Assembly: GCF_006345805.1 (NCBI RefSeq)
Contig: NW_021829873.1
Coordinates: 1-39,527, forward strand
Source of the DNA: Octopus sinensis
Taxonomy: Eukaryota
Length of the DNA stretch: 39,527 nucleotides
Direction: 5' to 3'
The translations under genes were made by a program, and so were the position numbers. The notes under the pieces were generated by a model. The model worked only from the letters and a program-made list of their open reading frames with translations, did no database searches and was not told the DNA's origin. Shown piece by piece: positions 38,589 to 39,527 of this stretch (positions are counted from its first letter, which is position 1; every line of letters starts with the position of its first letter).

Positions 38589-39220
38589 TCTATATATATA
38601 AAACTGTAGTTGTGTGAGTGTCTGTCCCCTTCGATTTAGATTCCTAACTACTCCCACATTTTGCGGTGCAGTTTAACCAAATTCGGGTAGCTTATAGTCG
38701 TGATTCATATCGAGCCCGTCTGAGTATTAGCGCGCGTCTACGATGAGTCTACGATTTTAAAAATAATTTAACATTTTTTATTCCATTTTAATGCATAATT
38801 TTTCGTGTGTCGATGGCGGCGGAGTTGGCATCCACGCTCACACCTGCACCTGTGGGGAAGGGAGTGTAAGGAAATCAACGTCGTAATGCGTTGTCAAGGA
38901 GACCAGCGTTCTTTTAGAACAACGACTTCATGGCTTGAAGACACCAAAACAGAAATGGCTAAGAAAGCGTCTACATGAGTCTACGATTTTAAAAAAAATT
39001 TACCATCGTTTTTTCCATTTTAATGCATTTTTTCACTATTATATAAGGGAAGTAACTCTCTAAAAATGTCTACGATGAGTCAACGATTAAAAAAAAAATT
39101 TACCATCATATTTTTTCCATTTTTAATGCATTTTTTGCTATTTTTTGGCTATAACTCTCTAAAAATGCTTATATAGTTATTTCCCTTACAAACCCGAGCA
39201 ACGCCGGGCGATACTGCTAG
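38589..39220 (+). mobile_element. Non-autonomous Helitron module, longer variant
   Basis: Homologous to 5849-6243 with the same 3' hairpin and CTAG, plus an extra subrepeat and a ~165-bp insert. Confidence 0.88.
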
Positions 39221-39239
39221 TATATATATATATATATAC

Positions 39240-39527
39240 ACCAATCTATCTTCTTCGAGCACATCGTCAGCAGCACTTATTCTTTCTAAGCCTAGTATTT
39301 ATTCTAACTTATTCTTTTCTGCCGAGCCGCTGAAATACAGAGAGGAAAACACACCAGCATCGTTTGAAAAATCTACTATAGCCCCGAGCCGACCAAAGCC
39401 TTGTGATTGGATTTGGTGGAAGGAAACTGGAAAACTCCAGTCATATATATGTTATATGTGTGTGCGTGTGTCTCTTTGTCCCCAAACATTGCTACACAAC
39501 GGATGCTAGTCTGTTTACGTCCCCATA
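39240..39527 (+). repeat. Segmental duplicate of 13991-14273
   Basis: ACCAATCTATCTTCTTCGAGCACATCGTCA... is colinear with the first copy to the end of the window. Confidence 0.92.

Larger units (their letters stand above)
37052..39220 (+). mobile_element. Putative composite Helitron (TC...hairpin-CTAG) carrying microsatellites, a SINE tail and a mariner fragment
   Basis: The whole block is absent at the paralogous site 13895-13991, which has only (TA)n. The block begins A|TC and ends CTAG|T, with no TSD distinguishable from the (TA)n. Confidence 0.7.

Overview
This is a eukaryotic, gene-free, repeat-saturated window. I found no intact host gene. The SINE families and dense (TA)n/(CA)n microsatellites resemble those of octopus genomes (inference, not verified). 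From left to right it contains: the 3' end of a CR1-type LINE inserted into a decayed RepHel Helitron with an intact 3' terminus; tRNA-headed SINEs; a piggyBac deletion derivative; non-autonomous Helitrons; a 3.1 x 362-bp tandem array; a 5'-truncated RTE LINE joined head-to-head to a second CR1-type LINE; a ~4.37-kb macro-tandem array built from SINE debris; a 5.5-kb 15-bp minisatellite, a 34-bp minisatellite and degenerate (CCCTAA)n; and a segmental duplicate of the LINE locus. Two observations stand out. First, every 362-bp unit carries a minus-strand type I hammerhead ribozyme with a compensatory U3-A8 core, giving a retrozyme or Penelope pLTR-like array. Second, a 2.17-kb TC...CTAG block carrying a mariner fragment (37052-39220) is absent from the paralogous empty site, and a sister block with the same end modules (4154-6243) carries a piggyBac derivative instead, suggesting composite cargo-carrying Helitrons.
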